Part shown: positions 47,387 through 61,000 of the stretch, piece by piece
Position numbering within the stretch: the first letter of the stretch is position 1
How the letters are laid out: each line of letters begins with the position of its first letter
Source of the DNA: Selaginella moellendorffii
Taxonomy: Eukaryota > Plantae > Lycopodiophyta
Assembly (NCBI RefSeq): GCF_000143415.4
Contig: NW_003314294.1
Location: forward strand, 181,402-245,401
Direction of reading: 5' to 3'
DNA length: 64,000 nucleotides
The notes under the pieces: model-generated
The model's input: the letters and a program-made list of their open reading frames with translations, nothing else
Database searches by the model: none
Told to the model about the DNA's origin: nothing
Program-made: the position numbers and the translations under genes

Positions 47387-50300
47387 ATGCAGCATGCCGT
47401 GACGCAGCTCGGGGGGCTGCCGCCGCTGGGAACGCATTCCTCCGGCCTGTTTGGCGATGGCAGGATTGGGAGCCTCGCCTTCTCGGCGCCAAAGGAGGCC
47501 TTCTTCCTCTCCAGGACAATGTCCGCGACCACTCGCGCGGCTTATTCCGGTAGCTTTGGCCAGAATCCTCCAGTCCCGCCAAGAAACAATGCTCCGCCGC
47601 CGCCTCTCCCGTTCGACAACGCCGCCACTCCGCCGCCTCCAATGCCGGGCAATCCACAGATGCAAACTCCTCCGGCCATTCCACCGCCAGGGCCTTTTGC
47701 TACCGAGACCAACGCTCTCCCGAGCGAGAGACCCTCGGCCATAGCACCCAATGCTCCAACCGACGCGAAGTTCACGTCCGCCAGGCCTCCAAGCTCCTCG
47801 CCGGGGTTAAACTTTCCTGGGAGTCAGATACCGGGACTGCCAGGATCGCCGCGGCCAAAGCCTGGAACTCCTAGGCCGTATGATCCGACCAAGCAGAAGT
47901 CCAAGGTGATGGAGTGGCTCACTCCGCCTCCGCCACCCACGGAGCTTCTCCAGCGCGAGCACTTCCGGCTCTCCCCGACGTGTACTTGCACTATATACTT
48001 CGGTGATTTGTCCAAGTGGTTTGTGGATGGGAAGTCGGATGCGGTGGTCAGTATATCGTTCTCTTCATTCTCTTTTCGATGTGATCTTGGAGGCTAATTC
48101 CTTGTTTGTTCTTGGCAGATTGCTCCTGCAAACAAGCGACTTAATACTGGCCCGGCAGTGAATGCTGGTAAGCTTATCTATGTTTTCTTGTGTTTGCTGG
48201 TGTTTCATGCCTATTTCTTTTTTCGCTGTAGTGCTCTTCAAAGCTGCTGGTTCTCGACTTTTGGATGCCACACAGAGGCTTCCAGATGTTGCTCCTCAGG
48301 GAATCAAGGCCGAAGTTGGAGATGCTATCAGTACAAGGTTGTCCACGTACTTTTGACGTTGATTAATCCCTGGAGTGTTCCTGTACGTGCAGGGCTTTTA
48401 ATCTTCCTGTTTCAAGAGTCATTCACACGGTTGGGCCAGTATATAAGAAGAACGACCAGACGAACGTCCGAGAATCTGATGAAAGCCTCATCAAGGCTTA
48501 CAAGTGAGAGTTTCTCTTCTCCGGTTTTCCTTAGCTAACTGGGATCACAGGAGTGCCTTGGATATTGCGAGGAAAGAAAACTTGGTAAATCTTGCGTTCC
48601 CGCCTCTGTCTTGCCGTATATATGGGTAAGAAATGTGTGATGAGTGCTAAACATAACCGGCTACTGGTTATCTAGATATCCATACATCGAAGGAGCGGAA
48701 GTTGGTTTAAGAACTCTCAAGGAAAATTGTGAAGGCTTTACACAGGTAACCTTGCTTGTGCTTGATTCATCTAAACTGTGTGATTTACAGATAGACATTG
48801 TTATCAGAAACATAGAAGGCTATGAGGCCTTCATAGAAGAGGCCACCAAGCAGCTGGAGGTTATTAAGGAGAAGAAGACTATCAAGGCGCCATCGATGGC
48901 ACCGCGGACAGGAGCCGAGGCAGTTGCTGCGCCACCGTCGCCTCCAGTGACAGCTTCTGAAGTAGGAGCTCCCGCCGCACCAGCGTCCGGGCTGGAGAGT
49001 CCCCCACAAGCAGAAGCAGTAGCAGCAGCATCAGCAGCATCAGCGTCAGCCTTAACGGGCCTTGAATCTTCAACTCCAGCCTTAACCACAGAAACGGAAG
49101 CAGCAGGACCAGAAACTCCGTCAGCAGCAGCACCAGACACTCCGTCAGCAGCAGCACCAGAAACTCCGTCAGCAGCAGCACCAACACCACCATCAACTAC
49201 CTCTGGTTATTCGAGTAACTTTCAGGCTGCTTCAAATCCATTCCAGAGTACGTCCGGACCTGCAACTGAGTCTCCGGTTGCTCCAGCAGCGTCAAGCTCC
49301 AGCGCTCCAACATCCCAGAGTCCGGCGGCTCCAAGCCCGTTTCAGAGTGCCCCGGTAACTCCAAGCCCGTTCCAGAGTGCTCCGGCAACTCAAAGCTCGT
49401 TCTCACAGACGCCACCTCCGCCAAGCGCTCCACAAACTCCAAGCCCGTTCCAATCACCTCCGGCAACTCCAGGTCCGTTCCAAACACCTCCGGCAACTTC
49501 AAGTCCGTTCCAAACACCTCCGGCAACTCCAGGCCCGTTCTCAAGTCCTCCGGCATCTCGAAGCCCGTTCCAGAGCTCTCCGGCAATGTCAAGCTCGTTC
49601 CCGGGCACTCCAGCGGCTCCTCCAAGTCCGTTTCAGAGCACTCCAGCGCCGCCAAATACGACTACTCCACCGGCCTTCCAAAGCGCACCGTTCCAGAGCC
49701 CATCAGCGTCTCCACCAAGTGGAAGCCAGTTCCAGAGCCCACCACCACCAAGTGAGTTTCAGAAAGCCCCGCCTCCTTTTGGCACGCCAACACCGTCACC
49801 ATCGGCTGGAAGTCCATTCCAACGCGCTCCACCAAGTCCGTTCCAGAGCGCTCCGCCACCACCATCGTCTGGAAGTCCCGCTCCACCATCACCTGGGAGT
49901 CCCTTCCAAAACGCTCCACCATCACCCGGGAGTCCGCCACCGCCCGGAAGTCCATTCCAAAGCGCTTCACCACCACCATCGCCGCCTCACTTCCAGCGTA
50001 GTCCATACAGCCAGGGAGGATACCAGCAAAGCTCTCCACCGCCACCTTATCAAAACGCTCCTCCGCCACCATACCAGCAGCAGCAGCAGCAGCAGTACAA
50101 CCAGCCGCCACCATACCAAAGTCAAGCTCCACCGCAGTATCCTCCATACCAGCAAAACGCCACTCCTCCGCCACCATCTCCACCACCGCCGCCACCGCCA
50201 CCATCGTTTGAGAGCTCTACACCGACGTATTCTCCATACTCTCCATTTGCACCAGCTCCAGAGCCAACTCCTCCACCAAAGCCGCTAATTCCTCCTCACC

Positions 50301-50449
50301 AGCAAAAGTACGTGCCACCGCCGCCACCACCGCCGCCGGAGTCCAAGCCCGTCCCTCCGCGAGAGAGACTGTCGCCATTCCCTCCGCCAAATCGCCCGCC
50401 CAGGCCTCCATCTTCTCCAACTTCCACTTACGAGCAGCCTCTCTTCTAA
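47387..50449 (+). CDS. Macrodomain (Appr-1-p-like) protein with long Pro/Ser/Gln-rich regions, multi-exon
   Basis: Spliced core GDLSKWFVDGKSDAVIAPAN..KAAG..GDAIST.AFNLPVSRVIHTVGPVY..AFPPLSCRIYGYP; ~500-aa low-complexity tail; 5'UTR intron upstream. Confidence 0.82.
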
Positions 50450-50684
50450 GTAGCCCAAATAGTGAAACTAGTGAAGTTCTGCTAGTCTTTTGTTTCAAGA
50501 GGTTTTCTTTTGATTTTATGTGATGACTTAAAGATATATAAATTAAGTTCTAACAAAGTATATATTTAATGTTAATTAACTGGATAAATTGTGTATAAAG
50601 TTTTGTGTTATAGTAATATAAAGTTTATATTTATCTAAATTGGTTACAGCAATATAAAGTTTGGATTAATTTAAAGAGTTATCT

Positions 50685-51892
50685 CTACGAAGTGGTGGGG
50701 TACGATGAGTCTCCATTCATCCCACACATCCCGTCTCCATCCTTTCGCTCGATTTTCATGAATCCGTCCTCCCCCCAGGAAGTTCCCCATGAGTTTTTGA
50801 TGATCCAGTAGGGCATCCCACCTTCGGTTCCATATCCGATGAGCAAGACTCCGTGATCTAGCGAATCGTCGCATTTACCAGAAAGAATTCCCTGGAAAAC
50901 GATGTGATGAGTTGATTCTAAATAAAATATTTGAGATTTTCTTACACTTTTGTAATTCTGGAAGTTTTCGTCGCTGCCGCAGATGCTAACAGTCACGGGG
51001 GTTTTGGAGACTGCTTTCATCAGGGCGTCAGCGCTGTCCTCTGTGACGACTTTAAAACCAGTGATCTCCGCCACCTTATTCTTTGCCTGGCCAAAAGAAC
51101 AAAAACACAATAATAGCTTTAATATGGAATAATTAGTAAAATATACCAACCTTATTCGCGTTGCAACTGCCCACAGATCCTGTATATGGATAGGCCGCCT
51201 CCGTGGTGACACCACCGTTTTTCACCACGAACTTAAACGCAGTCTCCATTAACCCACCGTCACATCCTGCATCTACCGTGTCACAGTCCATCAATTGCTG
51301 CTCGGACAGAGAAACGAGCTCCTTCGTCGCCAGAAAGTGTGCACTCTCGATCGATGCAATCGCCGAGAAAGCCCAGCAGCTCCCTGTGAACACACGAATC
51401 ACCCACAAGGCCAAATAGAAGAGAAATTACAAAAATACGATTCATACCGCAGTCGCCCTGATCTTTAATCGGTGTCACAGCTCCCTTCTGCCTCCAATCC
51501 AAGCTGGTCGGGAGGCTCGACACGTCCACGTCCTCGTCCTCGGCCGGGAGGCGATCCTGGTAGCGCGGGCGCTTGAATTTGCCGACGTGCATGGCTCGGA
51601 ACTCGGCGTTTGTGAGATCCGAGAATTTGTTGAGGCCGAGCGTGAAGGTGGTGTTGGGCTGCGCGTTGTGCTTCTCGATGTACGCCAAAGTGTCGGAGAA
51701 GATCATCAGCCTGCGAGCCTTCTCCCAGTCGCTGCTGTAACTCTTGCCGTGCTTGGCAGCCCAATCCTCAAACATGTTCTTGATCTCTAGAGCGCGACCA
51801 TCTTCCAGAGCCGCTGGCCGCGCAATCGCAAACGGTGTTGCTCCTACCACCACCAGCAAGATCAAGGTCGAAGCTATCATGTTGCTCGCCAT
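50685..51892 (-). CDS. Papain-like (C1A) cysteine protease, 4 exons
   Basis: Signal peptide, I29 prodomain ([10 protein letters not shown]), [18 protein letters not shown]|[19 protein letters not shown]; TATA at 51921-51927. Confidence 0.95.
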
Positions 51893-52937
51893 GGATGACT
51901 TCGCACTTCCACGAGTGAGCTTATATACTGAATATTTTAGCTTCGGGTAATTTCCGACCCTGTCTATTTTTATCGCAAAGTTGATAGGGATGACGGGTCT
52001 ATGTACGTAAGGTTTAGGTTTGGCAGTGTTATAGAGGCTCGGGATTGAACTATCCTTGCGATGGAAGCATGGAAGACGAGCCACGTAAAAGAGATGCTGC
52101 AAGTTACCTCCCGTGCAAGTCTCGAGCCAGTTTCTGATATTAATGGCATTCGCAACAAAAAAAACATAGCCCTTCACACATTCTTCAACATTTCGTGCTC
52201 CCAAAGTGGACTAGCTTACAAGTTTCCCCATACTTCCATCTTCTTCTATTTATCAACGTTCAAAGACTGAACCTCTATTTTGTTTTTCTTTAGAAACCCT
52301 ATGAATATACCTAAAATATCCAAGTATATACTAAACCACCATTTTCTGAATCTAATGGTAATTTTCCTCCTCTTATATGAGTAATTCAAAGAATGCGACG
52401 TCCAGCTGGCCTTTGTGCAGTGACAATCACGCAGGGAACCAGTTGTATTCATCCTTCTCCCACTCTCCATCTAGAATAAAAAACCCTAAAGCTTTTCCAC
52501 TCTTTCTGTGCAAGATGAAGATGGAGTACAAGCTCAAGATCTCAAGTGGCTCTAAGAACATGATGCCAGGTCTTAGACCTGGACATGTACCGCATCCCAC
52601 GGCAGCCATGTCGAAGGATTCTACTGGAGAAGTATGTGTAGTGTACATTAGTAGAAAACTTTCTAACCTTTGGATCTCCTACTTGCAGTGAATGTTTGAA
52701 AGCCAGGTAGTGAAGAAGAACGGCATGCTGTAAAAGCTAAGGTTGGAAAGTTCCCTCTGAATCCTGCACTGCTGCCTAATATAGTGAAAGTCCAATGGTT
52801 GCATTAGTGTTTTAGACAACACTAATTCTCACATTTGGTATTGATCAAATAGAGACCAAGAAACATGTGTATATATATGTTTGTCCAAGATCTTTATAAA
52901 TTATTTTTTACATTTACAAGAAAATCATTTTGTCATA

Positions 52938-53042
52938 AAAAAATCCATTGGAATGTAGCCAAATTATGAATCATATAAGATTTAAAAATGTTAAAAACAC
53001 CATAGCATATTAGACACAAACACTTATATTTACATATATATG

Positions 53043-53077
<35 letters not shown>

Positions 53078-53082
53078 GTATG

Positions 53083-53121
<39 letters not shown>

Positions 53122-53805
53122 GTATGTATATATATATATATGTATATATATGTATATATATATATGTATGTATATGTATATGTATATATATGTATATATA
53201 TATATGTATGTATATGTATATGTATATGTATGTATGTATGTATGTATATGTATATGTGTATGTATGTATGTATGTATGTATGTATATATGTATGTATATA
53301 TGTATGTATATATGTATATATGTATGTATATATGTATATATATGTATATGTAAAAAAATCCATTGGAATGTAGCCAAATTATGAATCATATAAGATTTAA
53401 AAATGTTAAAAACACCATAGCATATTAGACACAAACACTTATATTTACATATATATATATATATGTATATGTGTGTATGTATATGTATATATATATATGT
53501 ATATGTATATGTATATATATATATGTATGTATATGTATATATATATGTATGTATATGTATATATATATGTATGTATATGTATATATATATGTATGTATAT
53601 GTATATATATATGTATGTATATGTATATATATATATATATGTATGTATGTATATATATATATATGTATGTATATATATATATGTATGTATGTATATATAT
53701 ATATATGTATGTATATATATATATGTATGTATGTATATATATATATATGTATGTATATATATATATGTATGTATGTATATATATATATATGTATGTATAT
53801 ATATA

Positions 53806-53862
<57 letters not shown>

Positions 53863-54047
53863 GTGTATGTATGTGTATGTGTATATGTGTGTGTATGTGT
53901 GTATGTGTCTGTATGTGTATATGTGTATGTGTATGTATGTATGTATGTATGTGTGTATGTATGTGTGTGTGTATGTGTGTGTGTATGTGTGTGTATGTGT
54001 ATGTATATATATGTATATGTATATGTATATATATGTATATGTATATG

Positions 54048-54078
<31 letters not shown>

Positions 54079-54101
54079 GTATATATATATATGTATATAT
54101 G
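52938..54101. repeat. Two tandem units of a ~95-bp unique block, each followed by a long (TA)/(TATG)/(TG) compound microsatellite
   Basis: AAAAAATCCATTGGAATGTAGCC...CACTTATATTTACA at ~52938-53033 and ~53353-53449; microsatellites ~53033-53350 and ~53449-54101. Confidence 0.95.
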
Positions 54102-54354
54102 TAATTTAAAGAAAACCAAGTGTTTCTGTGTATTTTCTTACTAAAAATGAATTTAACAAATTACCTTAGAATCCTTTGCAATGCATCAGGGAGAAAACAG
54201 TTGTGAGAAGGACAAAGCCCAAAAGCAAAAGAACTAAATGCCAATGAAGCAAAGAAAATCTATTAAAGGTTAAAAGCACATAGGGTGTTCTTGCTCTTTG
54301 ATCCAGATCCAGATTCAACATTGAAAATCTTTGTTAGAATCTAACAAATTTGTT

Positions 54355-55260
54355 TTATTTTGGAACTCTCCAAACACAAGTTTGCTTTACAGTGTTATAA
54401 ACAGCAATATATCCATTATTCTCAACACACAATGCCATAGGTTGCCATTTATTCTTCCAATAAATATTATATGACCATATCACATTAAAAAGTTTGTCAT
54501 ATATTACGAGGTTTCCATCCCTTTGCATTCTTAGAAAACATTTTTCTCCCCTATAACTAGTATTAGTAGTCCAAACAGTAATCTTACCTTTATACAAAAT
54601 TAAATTACAATCTAATTGCATATGTAAAGAATACTTCATATTAGTAGATTGTAGAAATTGCCCACTATATAAATTTGAAAATTTTGAAGAATCTTTTAAA
54701 CTTCTAATACATGTGTACCTCCATGTGCAATCAACATCAGTCTGACCTTCATCAATTACAAGTGGTTTACTTATTGAGTGCATGGGTGTTTTAAGATTAA
54801 TGTCAACATTATCAACATCTTCAATTGAATAAGAAATGGTAAACCTACCTACAATATATTGAGTTATGCCAAAATATAGCATCTCGAAATCTCTTTGTAT
54901 TACTTCTCTTAACATTCTGAATAGTATTAATCTTATAGATCTACCCGGATATGTGACTCCAAAGCTGGGAAGAAGGTTACACATCGGTATATAATACCAT
55001 GGAAGCCTTCGATTTAAAGCAGATAATGTAATAGTAATTCCTGTTGTTAAATTAGTATCTGTAATAGAAAATGCAGTATAATATGGGGTACCATCATGAA
55101 TATAACTGATTGTTTCAGCTACTGCCTCTAATATCAAATCCCTCACTCTAGGTTCTAGAGTAGTAGTGCGACGATCATCCCGTTCTATTAGTACAGAAAA
55201 ACTACTTGAAGAAAAAAAAATCATGATTGTTAAAATAAAAGATTGGAAACTAGAAGCCAT
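54355..55260 (-). CDS. Secreted protein: unknown N-terminal domain plus C-terminal bulb-type (GNA/B-) lectin
   Basis: Signal peptide; LYSGQFL, MQLDCNLILY, MQRDGNLVIY (QxDxNxVxY sites); 301-aa ORF intact despite AT-rich sequence. Confidence 0.8.
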   Translation of the reverse strand: MASSFQSFILTIMIFFSSSSFSVLIERDDRRTTTLEPRVRDLILEAVAETISYIHDGTPYYTAFSITDTNLTTGITITLSALNRRLPWYYIPMCNLLPSFGVTYPGRSIRLILFRMLREVIQRDFEMLYFGITQYIVGRFTISYSIEDVDNVDINLKTPMHSISKPLVIDEGQTDVDCTWRYTCIRSLKDSSKFSNLYSGQFLQSTNMKYSLHMQLDCNLILYKGKITVWTTNTSYRGEKCFLRMQRDGNLVIYDKLFNVIWSYNIYWKNKWQPMALCVENNGYIAVYNTVKQTCVWRVPK

Positions 55261-55974
55261 TTGTTAAAAAGCACTGGGCTATACACACACACACACACAC
55301 ACAGATATATATATATAAAATTATAAAAGTTGAAAGTGAAAGTTAAATGGATATCCTATCCATCTTGTATTCTTTGAAAAGAGCAAGTTATCACATTGAA
55401 ATGATGGACAAACATAGTGGTATCTCTCTCAACACAAGCATTGATTCTCCCAACACCTCTTTATAGCTGTTGGCATGCTTTGACGATGATCTCTACCACT
55501 AGGTAAGTTATGTCCCATGCTACATTTTTACATTTCAAATTTCTTCTTTTTGCTTTAATAATAAAGGTATGAAATGACAGCTCTAAACCTTTAATAGTAA
55601 ATTGGCTACACTTCCATACTTCTTAGTTGGGCACCAAACAGTATATTATGTTTGCACTCTGCAAGCTTTAAGATAGATACTTGAATGGGTAAATGCCAAA
55701 CCTCAATACTAAGGTTTAGGTTTGGCCAGTGGCAGTGTTATAGAGGCATATGCCATGTAAAAGAGATGTTACAAGCTACCTCTTATGCAACTCCGGAGCT
55801 GGTTCCTCATATTATTTAAAACAAAACAAGAAAAATGGTATAATAGATAATATTTTAGATTTAACAAACCATTCAATAATTTAAATAAAAAACTGAATTC
55901 TATAACACTCAGAAAAGGAACAATAAGTTTTATTTTTATTCAAAGAAAGATCATTTTTGCCAAATATAAATTAC

Positions 55975-56560
55975 ATCTTAGAACTCTCCTTGTCATACAT
56001 TGGTTGCACCTTAAAAAATATTTTTCTTCTTTATTATTAGTATTAATAGTCAAAAAAAATCTTATCGTTACACAAAACTAAATTACAATCGAACTGCACA
56101 TGTAAAGAATACTTCTGATTAGGAAATTGAAGAAAATATCCTGAAAATTTTGAATATCTTTATCATTAATTGTAGATGGTTTGCTTATTGAATGTAAAGC
56201 TATTTTAAAATCAATTTTATCATTAGTACAAATGGTAAACCTTATACCAAAATTTAGCATTTTAAAATCTCTTTATAAAATCTCTTAACATCCTAAGTAA
56301 TATTAATAACTATCTACCTGGATATGTGATACCAAAGCTAGGAAGAAAGTTACGCATTAGTATATAATACCATATAAGTGGTCGATATCATAACATTAAT
56401 TTCTGTATCTAGATCCACATCTTTAATTGAGAACCTAGTATAATATGAACTATTATCATGGACATAATTTATTTTTTGAGCCACTGCTAAATCATTCTAG
56501 GCCCGTTTATTAGGACAGCCAAACTATTAAAAAAAGAATAAATCATATATATTAGAAAAT
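55975..56560 (-). pseudogene. Degraded tandem paralog of the lectin-fusion gene
   Basis: Colinear matches such as GGATATGTGA..CCAAAGCT.GGAAGAA.GTTAC and AATTACAATC.AA.TGCA.ATGTAAAGAATACTTC, with deletions and stops. Confidence 0.8.
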
Positions 56561-58099
56561 TATATTGAAAAAAATTACCTTGTTTTGTAAAAACTATTTA
56601 TTATAAAGCTACATACATATATAAAAATAGTTTTCTGTATTATATAGAAGCAACACTTGGTTTTCTTTGGAGTATATCTAACATGATAGTGATGTACTTA
56701 TTATTTCTCTTTCTTTATTGGAACATGACTATTTCCTGCCAACTTTTAGTAAATATAGCACAAGATTATTATTTTATATATTTGGCTATGCCTGTGTACA
56801 TGGCTTCAACTGGTGGTAATGCTGAAAACTACCTCTTCTTGAGGAAAAGTTTCCCAAAACCTTTAAAATGTAAATAGATTGCAACTCTTCTAGTCTCTCC
56901 AAATAAGTGACACTGGTTGTATCCAGCTTGAGTAGATTCCTTGCAGGAGATTGTAAGATCTATATGAACTCTATATGCTCTATGAAGTAGCTCTGATATA
57001 CATTTGGCTATAAAAAAGATCTAACCATTCACAGATAAATGAGAAGGTTCTTTGACCATCTTGTGTAAACACAAAATTTTACATCAAGGAGGTTATCTTG
57101 TTTGGACATCAAGTCTTGCTTGCACCATCTCTAGCATGGAGTGCTTAAGTTACTTTGCTCAGTCAACATTAAATCTTTGGCTTTTTAGGAGATTTCATAA
57201 GTTTTTTTTTCCATTGTGTGCTTTGTAAGTCAATTCACTTATAAATGGTAGCACTAGGTTTTCTTGCAACTTCAGTGCCATTATACTCAATCTCTACCAC
57301 CATCCCCCATTTAATTTAAACCATTTGAAAAGAATAAATGTATTTAGCCTTTCTAATGGTTTCTTGTTGTTAATACTATGTCTTCAATCATAAGGAGCTT
57401 CACATCAAAAGCATTGCCACCTGCATAGGAAGAGAAGAGAAAAAAACATTAGAAAGCCAAACAAGAGCAGCAAATGAAGTAAATATTATAATACTCAATT
57501 GATACTTGCTAAGAAAGGGGGCAGGGATTTGTGGGGTGACCACTGAATATCAGACAGTGAAGATAAGTTAGAGTTAACTCATTTCACATAAGCTACAAAT
57601 TTGAAAATTTGGAAGAGAATATATGAAGGCTGATGAACACTTATGAAAGATGCCTCAACCTGAAATCATGGAATTGCTCTAACTGCTTAGAAGAGGGTGA
57701 TTTATCATCATTACACTAGATTAGGCCCCTCAGCCTCAGCCTATTCTCACTCATGTGAGTTACAAGATGTGGCAGCGCATTAGATCTTTTCCTATCCTTA
57801 AGAGGATAGAAATTTTCAATTTGTATTAGTGAATTAGAAAAGGCTTAAGGCTTGAGACGGTGTGGACACTCGTCATACCCCACTAGTGCCACCTGGACTA
57901 TCCATGCATGGGTTTTTTGCAAATATAATATAGAGGATTTACAAATAGCACGCCATAGTCCCCTGTGTGATTGTCACCGTTTGTTAGCAGTAAAGATTGC
58001 TATTAGAATATATATATAAGTTTGCTGCGGAAGAAGCATATTCATAGCATATCCACTATAAGCCCTAAAAAATAAAAAACAGTGGGGGGAGGAAATGAT

Positions 58100-61000
58100 A
58101 TGAGCTTTGGACAAACGCGGCGGCGTCTCCTCAGCACAGCGATCATCGACCCTCCCGACACCTCCTTGCAGCGGTTGGCACGCCTCGACGACGATCTCCA
58201 CCACTTGCAATTCCAGTCGCCCTTCCAGGTGCGCCAGACCTACGCCGCGCTCCTCAAGCACTGCGGCAATGCGGCCGCCCTACCGCAGGGGCGGCGAATC
58301 CACGCCCACATTGTCGCCAGCGGCCTCGCCAGCGATGGATTCCTCGGCGATCACCTCCTCCAGATGTATGGCAAATGCGGCAGCGTCGACGACGCCATCC
58401 AGGTCTTCCACGCCCTCCCGCGAAGAAGCCTCTTCTCCTGGAACTTCATCATCGCGGCATTCGCCAAGAACAGGCATGGCCGCAAGGCGATCGAGATGTT
58501 TAGGAGCATGGACTCGGCGGGGATCAAGCCCGACAGCGCTACTCTCTCCAGCGTCCTTGGCGCTTGCTCCAGCTTGAGGGATCTGGAAGAAGGCCGGAGG
58601 ATCCATGGCAGGATTTCCAGTGGCGAGTTCCAGAGTGGGATAGTTGTGGAGACTGGGCTGGTGAAGATGTATGCCCGCTGTGGGAGGCTGCGAGAGGCCA
58701 GAGAGGTGTTCGATCGGATCGAGAACAAGGACGTGATATGCTGGAATTCGATGATCGCGGCGTATGCCCAGGGCGGGCATAGCGCCCAAGCTCGGCAGCT
58801 CTGCGAGGAGATGGAAGGTTTCGGAGTGAAAGCCAGCGACACGACTTTCGCTGGGATCCTGGGAGCTTGTTCCTCGCTCGAGGAAGGGAAGAAGATCCAT
58901 TCCAGAGCCCTTGCCAGGGGTCTCTCGTCCTCGATCATCGTACAGAACGCGCTTGTGAGCATGTACGCGCGGTGCTCTAGACTGGACGTTGCGAGGGTCG
59001 TGTTTGACAAGATCGAGAGCAAGAGCGTGGTCTCCTGGAACGCTATGATCGCTGCTTGTGCTCGGCAAGGAGAGGCCGAGCAAGCGCTGCAGCTTTTCGA
59101 GAGGATGGAGCTGGAGCCCAACGAAGTCACCTTTGCAAGCGTTTTCAATGCTTGTTCTTTGCTGCCGGATCATCGGGAGGTGGGAAAGAGGATCCACGAT
59201 CGTATTCGAGGCTCTCACCTGGAAGCCAATGTGACCGTGGCCACTGCCATCGTGACCATGTATGGCAAGTTCGGGAAAGTTGGTATGGCGAGACAAGTTT
59301 TCAATGGGATCCAGCACAAGAATGTGGTGTCCTGGAACGCGATGCTGGGAGCTTACACACAGAATAATCTGGACAGGGAAGCTCTTGAAGTTTATCACGA
59401 GATGGTGGCGCAGAAAGTCCAGCAGGACGAAGTTACGGTGGTGATTGCTCTGGGGATCTCTGCAAGCTTGCGACTGCTAAAACTCGGGATCGAGCTTCAC
59501 GAGCTCAGCGTTGCTCACGGCTACGACTCCAACATCAAGGTCCAGAACGCTCTCATCAGCATGTATGGGAAGTGCAACGAACTTGACGCGGCTAGGCGAG
59601 TTTTCTCGAAAGTGAGAGCTCACGACGTGGTCTCCTGGACGGCTTTGATCGTGGCCTACACTCAGCACGGGAGGAACCGAGAAGCTCTCGAACTCTACAA
59701 GCAGATGGAGGGAGAAGGAATGGAGCCGGACAAGGTGACTTTCACAAGCGTTCTGAGCGCCTGTTCCAATACTAACGATTTGGAGCTCGGGCAGGCGCTG
59801 CATGCACGGCTCTTGGCGAGGAAAGATGGATTCAGCGATGGAGTTCTGGTGGCAGCACTCATCAACATGTACGTTAAGTGTGGGAGGCTGGACTTGTCGA
59901 GTGAGATTTTCCAGAGCTGCAAGGACACAAAGGCGGTCGTGGTGTGGAATGCGATGATCACGGCCTACGAGCAGGAGGGATACAGCAGGGCCGCTGTCGA
60001 TCTTTACGACATGATGAAGCAGCGAGGCTTGGATCCGGATGAGTCGACACTCTCGAGCATTCTAAGCGCCTGTGCAGAGCTCAAAGATTTGGAGAAAGGC
60101 GAGCAGGTTCACGTAGAGATCATTGCCTCGAGGGACTGCTCTCAAAATCCGGTAGTTCTCAACGCGCTTATCAGCATGTATGCGAGCTGTGGAGAGATTC
60201 GCGAAGCCAAGGCGGTGTTCAAGCGGATGAAGAACAGGGACGTGGTGTCGTGGACGATTTTGATCTCGGCTTACGTCCAAGGTGGTGACGCTCGAAGAGC
60301 TCTCAGGCTCTACCGGAGGATGCTCGTGGAAGGAGTCCAGCCGACCGAGGTGACGATGCTGGCGGTCATCGCTGCGTGCTCAGCTATGGAGTCACTCTGG
60401 GAAGGTATAGTTATTCACGCTTTGACAGACTCTATGTTCTTCACGGACACGGCTGTGCAGGCTGCGCTCATCTCCATGTACGCGAGGTGCAGGAGGCTGG
60501 ATCTGGCGTGCCAAGTTTTCAGGCAAGTCAGGCACCTCGAATCCAGCGCAAACTGCTGGAACGCAATGCTGGCAGCTTACTCGCAGCTCGGGCTCCCGGA
60601 GGAAGGCATCCGGCTTTACTGGGAGATGAGCTCCACAGGGATCAAAGCCAACGAGGGGACTTTCGCTGGAGCTCTCGCTGCTTGCTCGATGCTTGGAGCC
60701 GTGAGAGAAGGATACAGGATCCACGAGCAAGTCTCTTCCAGCAGATATAGCTCCGACCTCAGCCTCAAGACCGCGCTCGTCCACATGTACGCCAAGTGCA
60801 ACCGGGTTGACGCTGCGTTCCACGTCTTCGAGCAGCTCCAACCGGACGTGGTGGCCTGGAACGCCATGATCGCGGCCTATGCTCAAAACGGCTATGCATG
60901 GCACGCTCTCGAGCTCTACAGCAAGATGGTCAGCGAGAGCAACGTAACACCCGACGCTTACACCATCACCAACATCCTCAGCGTTTGCTCCAACGCGAGG

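Noticed and set aside
53010-54144. YI/HT/MYV-repeat ORFs
   Set aside because: These are translations of microsatellites.
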